Of a stretch of DNA of 64,000 nt, positions 23,640-37,689 are shown piece after piece. This DNA comes from Octopus vulgaris (taxonomy: Eukaryota), in NCBI GenBank assembly GCA_951406725.2, contig OX597815.1, positions 108,314,001 to 108,378,000 of the forward strand, given 5' to 3'. Both the position numbers and the translations under genes were made by a program. The number at the start of each line of letters is the position of its first letter. Within the stretch, counting starts at the first letter, position 1. The notes below the pieces were generated by a model that worked only from the letters and a program-made list of their open reading frames with translations, was not told the origin of the DNA and ran no database searches.

Positions 23640-25230
23640 CTCTCATAACATGAAAGTGAAATACTAATGATTGCTGGCAGTGTAACAGAGATCAGGGAAT
23701 TTAGTTCATGATGTTTATTTGGAATAAAATATAATGCAATATGTGAGTGTTTTAATTATTTTACTAACATACACATGTAAATCTTTAACTGATCATCAGA
23801 AATCTGTAAAATATAGAAAGAATGCCCAAGGCTGTGCAAACTGAAATCTAACTTCAAACATATCTATGAAAGCTAGTACATAATATATGAATGTGAAACT
23901 ATTTGAAATTAAATATAGTGTATAACATATTACTGAAATATTTGATTGGTTGATCACCAAAGTTAACGAATAAGTTACCTTAAAGAGAATGTAACTGAAA
24001 AGAAGGTGAAAGTATATCAAACGAAGTTCATGACCCTAATCAGAAATGTTATGACTAACTTTACATGAAGTTTTATTTGACAACTTGTAGAAGTCAAAAT
24101 ACTTGTTATTAATTGATGAATCAACTGATATAAGTGTCACAAAACTATTGTACTTATGTGGAAGATTTTCCTTATCATCATCAAAGAGTGCAAGCAAATT
24201 TTGGGAGATAATTCAGGTACTATGAACAACTAGCAAAAGTATTTCTAATTAAAATTGATTTCTCAATGAACAACATTGAAACAAATAATAGCATTAGACA
24301 TGAGACAGACAGAACAAATAATTGGTTAATATAATTCAATGTTTTCAAGACTGAAATATGAACCTAAATATTACAATTGTAAAATGTATGTGCCATAGTT
24401 TGGAATTATCATGCCAAAAGGCTTGCTTTCTAATTTAACATTTTTGATGTCTGAAATTACAAATTGATTCAGTGTTGGAGCCCTTCATCAAAGAAAATTT
24501 ATTATGATGGAAATTCATGCCACTAAAATTTCCAGATCAAGCTTGACTTATTGGTCGATCAGAAGGAAATGTCTATAGATGATTTTGCAGTAATGAGAGG
24601 ATTTCAAGGTGTACTTAATCTCTATTGAAGAAAAGGAAAAGAATTACAAGACATTTACTCTAAATGATATGCTTTCTGATGAAATTAATAAACTGATTCT
24701 TCTCTGTTTTCTTGAATTCTGAATCTGCAAATGCAGCTTTTCAAACTTCAAATGCCATCCTAGCAAACAACTTAAAAACCTCGAGGAGTTGAGAAACTTT
24801 GCACTACTAAAATTGAATTCCAGCAAAGAAAAGATCCAAGGGACTTTTTCTGTGATGCTAAATTTAGACAAAGTTCAACATGACCTGAAGGGCAACAACT
24901 TAAGCATAGAGAAAAAGATGGTGATGAAACAGTACTGCTTTGAGTTTTCATTAAAATTATAAAGGAAATCAAAGAAAGGATAATAAAAGTGGGTCTATGA
25001 AAAGGAAATATGTAAAGTATATTTTACTCCAAATATCATTCTTTCTCACACTGGATTCAAGTTTACTGAAATCAACACTGATAATTTAATCAACTAAAAG
25101 CAATTTGATATGATATTTGCTTCAAATGACAAGGAATAAAAATTGTGGTGGAAATTAATTACTGGAATGATTTTACCTAACCAAGAGATTTTAAAAGCAT
25201 TATGAAGCAGTTTTCTAAACTATTTGTGCA
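23640..25230 (+). mobile_element. Highly decayed hAT transposase (ZMYM/ZNF862-like)
   Basis: LLLIDESTDISVTKLL at ~24103-24150 (first catalytic D) and IVKCMCHSLEL at ~24376-24408 (CxxH). Many stops; boundaries are approximate. Confidence 0.65.
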
Positions 25231-26453
25231 GTCATAATTTCATAGGTTAAGCCTTGGCCTATTTCAACATAAAGCAATGGGCAATACAGCCCAAATTTTT
25301 AATGGATTTTTGAAGGAGCCAATGTGCTGAAATTGTACTATCATGTAGATTTAAATTACCAAACGCCATAAAAAAATAATTGGAAAATATGATTTTTTTC
25401 ACATAATCTCTCTATGTAAGAGTGCAGTAGTGTAAGCTCAAAATTAATTTTAAGGCTCATAAAAATGTTTTAAATATCTTTTTAAAGTCAAATCAATGAA
25501 AGTTTAAAAAATTCAAAATAATTAGTGCCATTACGTGGTATTTCAATATTTCGAAGTTAGGGCACCTTCTTTTTAGGAAATCTATGGAGAAAAGGTGCTG
25601 AAGTCAGCTACCAACCAATTTTCTCTGTAGATTTCCTGAAGTGGGAGTCATAACCCAGAAATATTGAAATACCATATATTAGTACTAACCATTAACCTGT
25701 AGTTTTTATTTTTTAACTTGCTTTAAAATAAATTTAAAACAATTATATTTCTGAGTCAATGCTTTCCGAAAACAATAGCATTTACTTAGAGTCCTGAATT
25801 GTACCACATTGATAGTATAATCAAAATTGCTATTATATCAATATATATATGATATTTACTGTCTTTCATTTTCTTTCTTTAAAAAAATTACCCATTTAGA
25901 ATGTATCATAATAAATCAGAATAGTAAAAAGGACAAGAAAGGACAAAAAAGTGAAGCAAAACAGAAAGAAGGACAGCAGATTCCCTTCCAGGTAGGATTA
26001 GCATACTCCAATAAACTTTTTGAAGACCACTACTGAGCTTCACTGTTTTGGAAAAATTACAAAAAACAACTTCTAATTCTTGCAAGAATATAGGGCCCAA
26101 CTTGTGGTCTCCTAAAAGAAAGGTGCTGATGTAACCCCATGTGAACTTTAGCTAGGTAAATCTGTAGAAAACACACATACACATACACACTCACACATAC
26201 ACACACAGAAGTAGTAAATATAAAATCAGTTAATGTAAAGGCATGTGAAATTCTTTTTCCTACATAAACAAAGTTGAAGAAGTGCTATGTTCTGATTGTT
26301 CTGACAGGTTGAATGTTGAGTCAAATGTTAGCCTTGGCTTTGTGTGTATAATAAACGGATCTCATATTTGAGTAAAAAAAAAACTATCTGCAGCCATATT
26401 CCACACCACTTAACTAATTTTTAGTTAAGCAATCAACTCTTTCAAGAAGTGCC

Positions 26454-29395
26454 TTGAGATTAGAGAACTACACAAGAGAGAATAGCTTATATGGAATCAA
26501 AAACAGAAGCACTACATTGTTTATCATGCCAAAGTTGTCCCCTGCCAAACACGGAAAATACTGTAATTATATTCTGCCGAAGAAACCAGGTGAGATTTGT
26601 TTCGATGAAACAATTAAATTGTTGTCTAGAATTTTCAGTGAAAGAAATTCTCTGCTCAATACTCGTTGGCAGTGTTTAGATTTAGCTAATAAAGATGATG
26701 GGGGAGGTTTCGTCATCTATACTGGGGTCGTTAACAGAGAGTGTGAAAAATTCAAATTAAATGAATTGACCCCGGATTTGTTTAAATGTCTGTTTTTTGT
26801 TCAAGAAAATATGTTGATATACGTTCCCATATATTAACAAAATTAGAACAGAACCAAAAATTAACTTTACAGGCAGTGGTTGAAGAATGCCAGAGAATTA
26901 TAAATTTACGACATGACACGGATAAAATTGATGAAGATTGCTCTCAGATACATGCGTGTCTGCCTGAACGGATAAGAAAAAGGAAAAACGAACGTCAATA
27001 CCAAATCCATATTATGGGTGCGGAGGTTTACATTTTAGAAGTAATTGTCCTTTTAAAAATCGTAAATGTTTTGAGTGTGGAAAAATCCACACTCAAAACC
27101 TAAAAGCTCACATTGTATAGCGAAACAAAAAAATTCTAGAAAGTATGTATTGTTAACAAAATTTCTAAGCGAGGCTCAGTAAAGAAAATTTGTATCCATA
27201 AAAATGAATAATGTGAATATCAAGTTACAATTGAATACCTGTAGTGATATCACAAAAATTAATACAGATACATGGAGAAAATAGGGAAACCTAGATTAAA
27301 GGAGACTTCAAAAATTGCGCGAGGTATTTTAGGGAAAAAAATTGCATTTTATGGACGAAATGGTAAGTGATGTTACATTTCGTAGAAAAAAACCTTAGAA
27401 GCCAAAGTTTTTGTGTTGAAAAATACAAATTTATTTGGAACAGAATGGATGGAACTATTTAACTTACGGGACCTACCCATAAATATATTTTTTGTAAAAA
27501 TGTGAATCGTTCTTCCACCAGTACAAATAAAGGGTGGGTGGATTTCAAAAAAAGAAGTAAAAAATAATAAATTCCTGAAGTTTTTTCTTATGAATTGGGT
27601 CTTTGCACCAAGACAGGCGAAGTTTCAAATGAAAGAAAACGTTATGCCGGTTTTTTAATTAAAACGAACGGTACTTTTCGCAGCGTTGAAACAAGTCAGC
27701 GAAGAATTGGATAGACTTGAAAAACTTGGCGTTACTGAAAAAATTGATTACACCAAATGGGCGTCCCCAACAGTTTACGCCAAGAAAAAAATCCGAGTAT
27801 GCGTTGCATATTTGCAGGTAAAAGTCGACGAGATATGTTCAAAATTATTGACAATAAATAACCATAAAGGGTTGTATAAGTTTAATCAACTCCCCTTTGG
27901 TATAAAGGTAGTACCTGACATTTTCCAAGAAGTTATGGACATTATGCTCGCAGGTTCGGATTTCGCTGACGACATACTCATACTCATTATTGATGAAAAT
28001 GGACGCAGACCAAACCCGAATAGGGCGAATGCAATAAAAAATATGCCGCCCCGACAAACATTACAATGTTACAAGCATTTTTGAGACTCGAAAATTACTA
28101 CCAGGTATACATACTTAATATGTATTTAAGAGTACCTCTGAATAACATGTTAAAAAACGAGATTAAGTGAAACTGGTCCGACAAAGGCCAAAAAGCTTTT
28201 AAAGAAGTTAAAAATGTCTTAACATCGGAATTGCCGTTATTACATTTTGACCCGAATGTAGAAATAGTAGTGGCAGCAGATGCTAGTGAAAGTGGTATTA
28301 GAGCTGTGATTTTACACAAATATGAAGATGATTGCCTGAAAGCAGTAGCTCATGCTTCGCGTTCATTATTGCCGGCTGAGAAAAGTTACAGTCAAACAGA
28401 AGAGGCATTAACCATCGTATTTGCGGTAAAAAAAATTCCATAAATTTATACATGGAAGGAGGTTCCGTCTGCAGACAGACCACCGCCCATTAATGTCGAT
28501 CTATGGTTCTAAAAAAGGATATTCCCACACATACAGCCAACAGATTGCAGCCCTGGGGAACGATCCTTCTGAATTACGACTTCAGAATGGAGTATTTGCC
28601 ATCGAAAAAATGGGACATGCAGATGGTTTGTCAAGGTTAATACCAAAATACAGTGAACCACTAGAAGACACAGTGATAGCGGCGTTAAAAGCCGAAAATG
28701 ATATAAAAGATATTTTGTGCAATGTTGTGCGTGAATTGCCTGTGACATTGGAGGAAATAAAAATGAAGGCAGAGACGGACGAGTTTATCATAAAAATGAA
28801 AAAATAGTGAGATCAGAAGAAAAAATAAAAAATACGTGTGGCTGGACGTAAAACAGTTTCGAATTTGTATTTGATATGTGATAATGTGTTTATGTATGCA
28901 CAGACAGTCGAAATGCCTACCTCACTATTAGGTTAGATGTTAAAGGAAATCCACACTGTAGATCCAGGAATTTCTAGTATGAAGTCGCTTATGAGAAGTT
29001 ATGTTTACTGGCCAAAAATGGATCTAGATATTGAGAAGCTGGTAAAATCCTGCAGAGATTGTGTTCTTGCAGCGAAATCACCACCTATAAAATTTCAACA
29101 TTGGCCCAAGACCGATATTCCATGGTCCAGACTATACATAGACTTCACAGGACCGTTAAACCGTTCATATTATCTAATTGTGGTAGAGAGCTTTATAAAA
29201 TGGTCAGAAATGTGTAAATGTAGAAAACCGACATGCACGGTAACAGTGGAATTTCTACACGAACTTGTTGCAAGGTATGGTGTCTCGGATACCATAGTCT
29301 CCGATAATGGCACAAAATTCACAGCGAATGAATTTAAGAATTTTTGTAATATGTACTCACTTGAACATATCGTTACTTCTCCGTATCTCCCAAGA
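26454..29395 (+). mobile_element. Decayed Ty3/Gypsy (Mag/K02A2.6-like) internal gag-pol, no LTRs seen
   Basis: Gag knuckles (GCGGLHFRSNC, CFECGKIH), protease relic LNTCSDIT, RT WASPTV and LPFGIK, RNase H ADASESGIRAVI, integrase ...RSYVYWPKMDLDIEKLVKSCRDC and DTIVSDNG. Domain order is PR-RT-RH-IN. Confidence 0.9.
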
Positions 29396-29749
29396 TATGT
29401 ATATGTATGTATAGATATATGTGCATATGTGTGTATGCATGTGTATGTGTGTGTGTGAGTGTGTACATGAATGTGTGTTCATATCTTCTTGTCTTGAAAC
29501 TGTGCTCTATATGGAAACAAGTGTTGCTGTCATACGAGTAGTGTCTTTTGCTTCAAAATGGATGAAGGATGGTACAAGATTATCTGGCTGAAGAAAAATC
29601 TACCTCAATATATTTATCTGACCCATACAGACATGAAAAAGAGAACATTGAAATAATGACACTGATGATGCTGACAACAACGATGATAGCGACGATGACA
29701 ATGACAACGACAACGGTGATGATGATAATGATGATGACGACGACAATGA

Positions 29750-30360
29750 AACTTTGTAAGATAATTCCAGACATTTTCTGACAATTCCATCAATAATAGC
29801 ATCAGCTGAAATATTTTTTAGCAAACTTAAACATCAAAATCATTTTAAAGTCTACCATGTCTCAAATCCATCTTGATGATTTAGCAAAGGTTAAGGTCAG
29901 AGTTAGGGCTAGGGTTAGGTTTAGGTTAAGTATTGAATAAAGCAGCACCAAAGAAATTGATCTTACAAGTGTTAGGAATTTTGCAGATAAAAAAGTCACA
30001 AAAGCTAATTTTATTAGCTGATTAGGCTTATCGTTGCTTTGTATAAAAGATATAGAAGATATTGTTATCTGGTCATTCCAGTGCTCAGGGAATAAACATT
30101 TATAAATGTTTACTGGTGGCCATATTCAGACAGCCTTATGTTAGCCATCATGTTCAATTATGCTTTCATAATCATATGCTAAAATCTGTCTGCTTTGTTC
30201 ATATTTTCTGGTTATCCATTTTTCTCCTGCAAAGAAGAAAAAAAGTAATCTTTATTAAAAAGACTTAAATGAGGACTGAAGGTCCATTTCGATCTTAAAT
30301 GAGAGGAAGGCCTTCAAATTAGCCATGTTTCACCTTGTAAAATCTCATTTAGAAGCCCTG
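29750..30360 (+). mobile_element. hAT transposon 3' end (dimerisation domain and probable TIR)
   Basis: FLTIPSIIASAEIFFSKLK...STMSQIHLDDLA. The element appears to end at ...GAAGCCCTG (a CAGGG-type TIR). Confidence 0.65.
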
Positions 30361-30869
30361 GTCAAAGATTACATGCAGATCACAAAAGCTATAACCCCAC
30401 TCCTCGCACTTATGAGCTGTATGTGTTCTGTGTAATCTATGATGATTGTGATGAAATTAGAGGCGCTTATATATGATAGACAGTAGGCCATCAACATGAT
30501 ACATGTCAGATCTTTTAATACAATTGGTAGCATTCAAAATATGCATGTGCATGTGTGTGTATTTTTTTTGTGTGTGTGTGTGTATGTGTGTGTATGTGTG
30601 TGTGTGCGTGTGTGAGTAGGCATGTGCACACATATGTATAAACAGCTCTGCATAGAAATACATGGATAACAAACTGCAGTCAGCAATACTTGATATTCAA
30701 CAAATATTTTGAACAATTTATCTGTTGGACATTTTCAGCACAAAATTCTTATAACTGAATTAACAACCGAATATTTCTCACATCACATCCTAACATCTTA
30801 AATGAAAAGAGCCACTTTAGATAATGGGATCCTAGATACACTTAGGTTAAACATCGCCAGCATGTAGGA

Positions 30870-31640
30870 ATTACTGAGTGCTGCTTGTTTCTGCTGTTAC
30901 AGTTGTTGGTGTTGCTGCTGTGGTAGGATTCTGCTTCATAAGATGTTTTTGTAGGAATTGTTGTTGCAACTTTTGGTTTTCTGGATGCTGCGCTTGTGGT
31001 GGTCGTCATAGAACAGGCATTCCTCTAGCTCCTTTTGTTATTGTTGTGTACAGAAGGCTTTCAAATGTGAGTCTGACCCACAAGTGTGGAATCTTGGTTT
31101 CCTGCCTTCTACCATGACCTGGAGTTGTGTTCCATTTGGCAGCACAATGAGCTCAAGGATCTTATTGATTTTACCTGGATCGAAATATCCAACCCAATGC
31201 CAACCAGTTTTCCTTACAATATTTTTTAATATCCAGAAGCATGTCTGGGTCTTTGATCGCAATACATGTATCCAACCGCCAAATGTCTAATTCTGGTGGC
31301 ACATCTGTCATTTTAATCTTCACCTCTTGATGACCAGGGTATGTGGGAAGGGGGAGTAGATCTTGGTGTTTGCAATGGGCCATTGAATGTTTTTGGGCCA
31401 GTGCCTCTGTGAAGAACCTTACTTCTACAGAACCCTATTGTCTTCCTCATGTGAGGAAGTTCATTTACTCTTCAAGTATTTCTTTACATGGATGTGTGGT
31501 GCATTGAAAATTTTAGTGACACACATCTGTAAACAATGGTTCTTCTGGCAGTCTTCTCCATCAAATCTGAGTCTTAGTTTTTCTATCCCCCTCTGCTTCT
31601 CTCAGTATGCTTTCTGACTGCAGAAACTTGCTCCTGTAAT
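30870..31640 (-). mobile_element. L1/Tx1-like ORF1 relic with zinc knuckle
   Basis: ORFs 31038-31262 and 31171-31383(-) read KIKMTDVPPEL...LPNGTQLQVMVEGRKPRFHTCGSDSHLKAFC (decayed CCHC). Confidence 0.55.
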
Positions 31641-33141
31641 TTTGTTACTCCTGCAAAAGCAGTTGATATTCTTATTGTTGCTGTTGTTGTTGATATTGTT
31701 GGTGTTTATCTATGTATATGTATACATATATAGCCATACATACATACATATATGCATATATGCATACACACATATGTACATTCACATACATACATACACA
31801 TGCACACTGTGGAAGCCTCTCATTACAAATGCAGATAATTTTGCCAAATGGTTATGGCTGTATAAATGACTTTGTCCTAAAATGATCCCAACAAGCAACA
31901 AATACTACTTCTTGTTCATGAGACAAAATCCAAGTTGTTATTACTTTCATGAATTGACAACATATTCTAGTAGAACCATTTAAGAACTTTCCCACTATCA
32001 CTAACTATTAAATAGATTACTAGAAATACATTCTCATTTCAACTCAATTCACATCACATTGTTGAATTTTTTCAACACTCACTATATTTCTCCTTTCAGC
32101 TTTTCTCTTTATTCAATATTTTTATTTCTATATACATATTTTTTATATTTTCTTTATTCTCTTTTTTATTTTAATCGTAACGCATAGTTTTTCTCTATCA
32201 GGACATTGACTACTAAAATCAAAGGAATTTTTTTTTCACCATTTTCTCATTCATTTTATCATTATTGAACCATTTTATTCATTATGGCCCATTATTACAT
32301 GATTCCCGTTTGGCATTTATTTGGCTTTTTCATTTTTTCTTAGTTGTTTGCGTGTATTTTAGAATTTTTATTGGTGTATGTGTTTTGTGTATGCAAGTTT
32401 CTGTGTAGATATATATCTGTATATCTATATTTGAGTGTCTTTATACAAGTATCTGTGTGAAAGAATTTGTATATGTGTTAATATATTTATATGTCTGCTT
32501 GTCATTGTCTGTATGTGTATATTTGTGCATGTGCTTGTGTGTGTGTTTGCATGTGAGCTTTACCACTTTTGTTATTTTATAATTTCTGTTAAGTTTATTT
32601 ATTTTTTCATTCTATTAAATTCATATATTCTTTATTTATCTGTTTTTATTAATATTATTTATCATATATTTTTCTGTTTTTGTTCATAATCCAAAATAAA
32701 GATACAAACATCAAATCATATTTCTGTGAAAAATGATAAATGTAAAAAGAAAAGAAAAAACAAAATAGCCCTCATTTCTCCATTATAGTGCAAAGCTAGA
32801 TTGTCATCACACAAGCCTTTATATATGTGTGCTTATATTATGGCTGTTACAAATAATTCTGATGAAGGTTAGCAGCTTTTTCCTGTTATTTTGCAAAGAA
32901 GATTGATTTATGTGATGGTGGCAAACCACAATATAATAATGGCGTCGTACTGAAAAGAGAAGTTCAAGCAGTCATGCAAAAAAATATATATATATAAGAA
33001 AGAAGTAATGACAAGAGAAGTAATAATACCTACATCTATGTTCGGCTTTTATTGTTTGAATTTCACACCAAGAGAGAAAGATTTGGTTTCTAACCCAGAA
33101 ACATAACTGTTTCATTGGAATTTACACAACATCAAGTGAGT

Positions 33142-33187
<46 letters not shown>

Positions 33188-33399
33188 GGTATGTTTGCAT
33201 ATATGTCTGTGTGAATATGTTTATGTTTACAGATATGTATGTGCACAAGCACAGTTATCATTGCTTGAGTGGATCCCTATGTTTTGACTTATGTATGTGT
33301 GCGTATGCATAGCTTTTGTGTCTGCATGTATGCATATGCACTTACAGGTTATCTTCTAGAATACTTCATATATTTTTACATTGTCATAAATGGCTTGTG

Positions 33400-34260
33400 G
33401 CTGTAATTTACTAATGAACCATGTCCTCACCTGTGTCCAATAATAACAGGTGTGGATCTGAAGCTGTTACCTGACTGGAGTAACTGCAAATTCCTCATTA
33501 GTTTGGCATAGATGTATTTTTTAACTAACTAATCTTTACCATTTTGTTAACATCTCTCTGCTTGGCAACTGATCTCCACCCCTGTCCACTGTGCAAAACT
33601 TTTCTCTATTCCTGTCGGAACTTTTATGCTTGTATTTTATTGAGGCTTGGCTGGAACATTCTACTGGCATTCATACTCTTTATTAGTGATTATGCCTTCT
33701 ACATCACTGTAACCTTATATTTTATCTTTAAGACTTAACTTCTGCAGATTGCATTGTACAATGTTTTAGCCATAATATCATTGTTCATAGGAAGATAATA
33801 CTGTGATGACGTTTCCAGCAAATTCTTGGCATGTGGATGATAACCTCCATGTTAGCATCTGATGTTTTACTACCATCACCATCCATTTTGAACATCAGGT
33901 ATTTTATTTCTTGTTCCAATATTGCCAAAAACATACCCTTCAAAACGAAAGCTAGTATACTGGTTACTTGTTCAGAATAATTTGGTTATCAGTGTTACAG
34001 TCACTTTGAAACTTTCTGACAGCATAGCCATGTATGGATCGTTTCCTTTTATTATCTGCTACAACAGGGTTTTGTAACTTCTCTGGATGTGTATCACTGG
34101 TCATCAGTCTGGGAATAATTTCTGAGGAATTCCTCTTCATCTCTCATAATTTTTATCTGCCTCATGTTTGTAAACTTGATCCATAGATGCACTTCAAAGT
34201 TTAGTGATTAGTAGCTGTTGTTGAATGGATATGAAGCAACATTCAAAAGCTATTTGAATT
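33400..34260 (-). mobile_element. Old RLE-type non-LTR retrotransposon C-terminal relic
   Basis: Minus strand reads SSQYYLPMNNDIMAKTLYNAI, VEISCQA and IYAKLMRNLQLL...TPVIIG. Confidence 0.55.
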
Positions 34261-34376
34261 GACGTCAGATCCTTACTTCCTTGTCTTTTGTACACATAGG
34301 CTTGTATATGTCTATCTGCACATATCAGTTTATATATGAACGTCTTGCCTATAATTGATCTGTATGTTTTGACTTA

Positions 34377-36199
34377 CACCTAGAACCGCACTAATAGCTT
34401 AGGAGTAAAATTTAAGATTTCTCAGTTTTCTGAGAATCGATTTTGATAAAACTTTTCCTAGATGGTTTGCACACTATGGCAACACCATTGTTATGTTTTC
34501 ATTATTCTGTGTAATGTCCTTTCTTTTTTGTTTCAGATTCTTCAGTTTTGGGGTGAACCACATTAATAGTTTTTGAATGGAAATAGCCCATTTAGACATA
34601 TTTTTTCAGAAAATGAAGATTAATGATACATATTAAGGATACATTGAGTATATATTTAACATTTATTTAATATTATTTTTTTTATTTATGCGCCCTTTTC
34701 AAGCCTAGCCAGGCGCATGGGCCCGGTTTCCTGGTTTCTGTGGAAAATGTGTTCTCCCCAGCTGGAGAGGACACCAGTCTATCGCAGTATTACTTAAGAA
34801 ATAGGAAGAAAGAGTGAGAGAAAGTTGGTGCAAAAGAGTACAACAGGGGTTGCCACCACTCCCTGCCGGAGCCTCATGGAGCTTTAGGTGTTTTTGCTCA
34901 ATAAACACACACAACGCCTGGTCTGGGAATCACAACCACGAGCCTCCGACCACGAGTCCGCTGCCCTAACCACTGGGCTATTGTGCCTCCACAAATAATA
35001 TTATAACATATATTTAATATTATAACATTTATTGTCATTATGAATTATTGATCCTCATGAGTGCCATTTCGATGGATAACTTCAAAAACCCTATTAGTCA
35101 TAGAATCTATCAATTTCTTAACAGTAGCAGGTTGGACAGCCTCTGCTGCAGCTTTGATGATTGCTCATAAGACATCTTTCAATGTAAATTGGTGTCCATC
35201 AGCATAAACATCTTGTTTAATAATGGACCGAAGGTTTTCAATAGGATTGAGATCTGGAGATGCTGGTGGCCACACTATCAACCTTTCACCTTGTATGCCG
35301 TAAAACCCAAGTAATGTTTGGGTGGTCCTAGCAGAGTGGAGAGAGCATTTAGTGTCATTTAGTTAGGGATTCAAGGACTCCTTCACGAGATTGCAGTTGA
35401 TGGCTGTGGTCACTTTAACCCCTTCAGGCACCCTGACCGGGCTAACAAGTCTGTCCCCAGTGATACCATCCCACAACATGACTCCTCTACCCAGTTGTTA
35501 CATTGTAAACATTAGTGACACTCATCTCCAAAATATACCCAACCATCAGGTTTGTCAAGGATTGCCCTGGTTTCATCCTTGAACAGAACACAACTCATGT
35601 CTAACATCATGTACTTTTGGGCCCATTGATGCCTCAAACTCCTGTGACAGGGCTTTAAAGGAGGCAGTTTCAGGGGTTCTCTCATGGAAGCTATGGTTCT
35701 GGGGATGCAATTTCTGGTGGTTTTCGGTACACGAGGAAGTCTGGAGGCAGTGAAAATGGCTTTGCCTGTTTGTCCAGGTTTCTCACGTAACCTGCAGCCA
35801 ATATTCCTTAAATCCTTAGCTGTCACAGTCTTGGAGGTCCTACAATCAGATCGTTTCTTCCTTGGAATTGTCTACCCATCTCCACATGATGACCTAACTT
35901 TTCCACAATGACATGAATAGAGGTGCCTTTAGCACTTTTCTTGATGAAGATAAACTTTTCTTCATCGTTAAGGCCTTTTCCCTGTCCCATTGTTCTTAGA
36001 TAGGAGAGATGCTATTAGTGTGGTTCACGCAAAAATGGAAGAAACTGAAATAAAAAAGAAAGGACGTTACACAGAATAATCAAAACATGACAATGGTGTT
36101 GCCATTGTGCACAAATCAGCTGGGAAAAGTTTTATCAAAATCTCAGAAAACTGAGAAATCCTAAATTTCACTCCTAAGGTATTAGTGTAGTTCTAGGTG
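34377..36199 (-). mobile_element. Tc1-like transposon with ~190-bp TIRs, decayed transposase and a nested SINE
   Basis: TA|CACCTAGAACCGCACTAATAGCTTAGGAG... at 34377 is mirrored by ...CTCCTAAGGTATTAGTGTAGTTCTAGGTG at 36199. Motifs VLFKDETRAILDKPDGW and VWPPASPDLNPIENL; ATG near 35990. Confidence 0.9.
34690..34992 (-). mobile_element. tRNA-derived SINE, family D, inserted in the Tc1 element
   Basis: Head GTGGAGGCACAATAGCCCAGTGGTTAGGGCAGCGGACTC and A-rich tail. The same head occurs at 58879. Confidence 0.8.
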
Positions 36200-37001
36200 T
36201 TTATACATAAGTGTACCTTTGCATGTTTCATAATTTTTTAAAAAAACTATCATTCGTAAAATTATACAAATTTCTTATTTGATATTACTGAAGAGAAGAA
36301 GAGTTATCTATAAATGCTTATCAATATAGGATTCCATTATTCTATATCATCTAAGTCTATGAACGATATTTGGAATACAAGACAATATAAAGGATTCTGC
36401 ACATAAATATTATGGATTATTACAGAAGACTAACCTAGGAAGTATATATATATAGATTTAAAGACTGTCATACTAAAGTGTACTTACCAAAATCAATAGC
36501 AGTAATTTTTAATTTATATTTCAAACAAACACCATTTTATACTTCAAATTAAAAAAAAATACCATTCAATATATTATACAAAATTCAAATTTTATATCTC
36601 TGAAGTGCAGAAGAGTTGTCTATAAATGCTTATCAACATAGGATTCCATTATAGGGACAGCACTTCTGTGAAACGATTGTAAGATGCTCTAAAAACTTAA
36701 TTCAAAACTTTTAAACTGTCATATACATTATATATTTATACTTATACATATTTACATATATTTTTATATATATTTATATTTTTAATACAACAATTATTTT
36801 ACATACGTATATACCTTTCTGAAGAATTTTCTAATATTGATTTCCTGATATTAATAATAATATATTATAATATATATATATATATAATTGCTCATATTAA
36901 ATATATAAATACTTTAATAGTATTAATACTTTGATACAATCGAGCACTCAATATAAATTCAGTATATAATATTCTCATTGAATATATTTAACTAAATATT
37001 T

Positions 37002-37049
<48 letters not shown>

Positions 37050-37197
37050 CCCAAAACTGGAACAAGAATGCAACAGACTACAATAAAACATCCGAACAGA
37101 CAATGCCAAGATGGAAAGGAAATACAACAAAAAGATGGAGAGGAAACAAGGACAGGTCATTCATGGCCTTCTCTCTTCAGTCAAGTTTCCAGATTAT

Positions 37198-37275
<78 letters not shown>

Positions 37276-37286
37276 ATGTATGTATG

Positions 37287-37342
<56 letters not shown>

Positions 37343-37689
37343 AATCACACAAATAAAATTAGTAAGAATATCAGAGAAGCAGGAATCAAACTAATAATAT
37401 AGAGAGTTTGACAAGTGAAATGTGCAAGTGGAAAGCGTTGACCTATAAAGTAAAAGAGCAATATTAGATGAAGTGTTCCATGAAAATATGTACACCCGTA
37501 GAAGAAACATGAGAGAATATAAAGTATTGAGTGATAACCTTTATCAAAGAGAAGAAATAAAAATATGACAGGTGAAAGATAAAGAAAAAATTTGAAATAA
37601 TGAAGTTTTGACATCTGTTTACATGTCAAAGCCTAGTGTAATATACATATGTATATAAATATACATATATATATATAATATATATGTAT

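Noticed and set aside
32855-32900. Isolated CTGATGAAGG
   Set aside because: No matching GAAA/NUH segments with complementary stems found nearby.
36289-36652. ~53-bp direct repeat 311 bp apart
   Set aside because: Real but short, with no element structure; probably an old local duplication.
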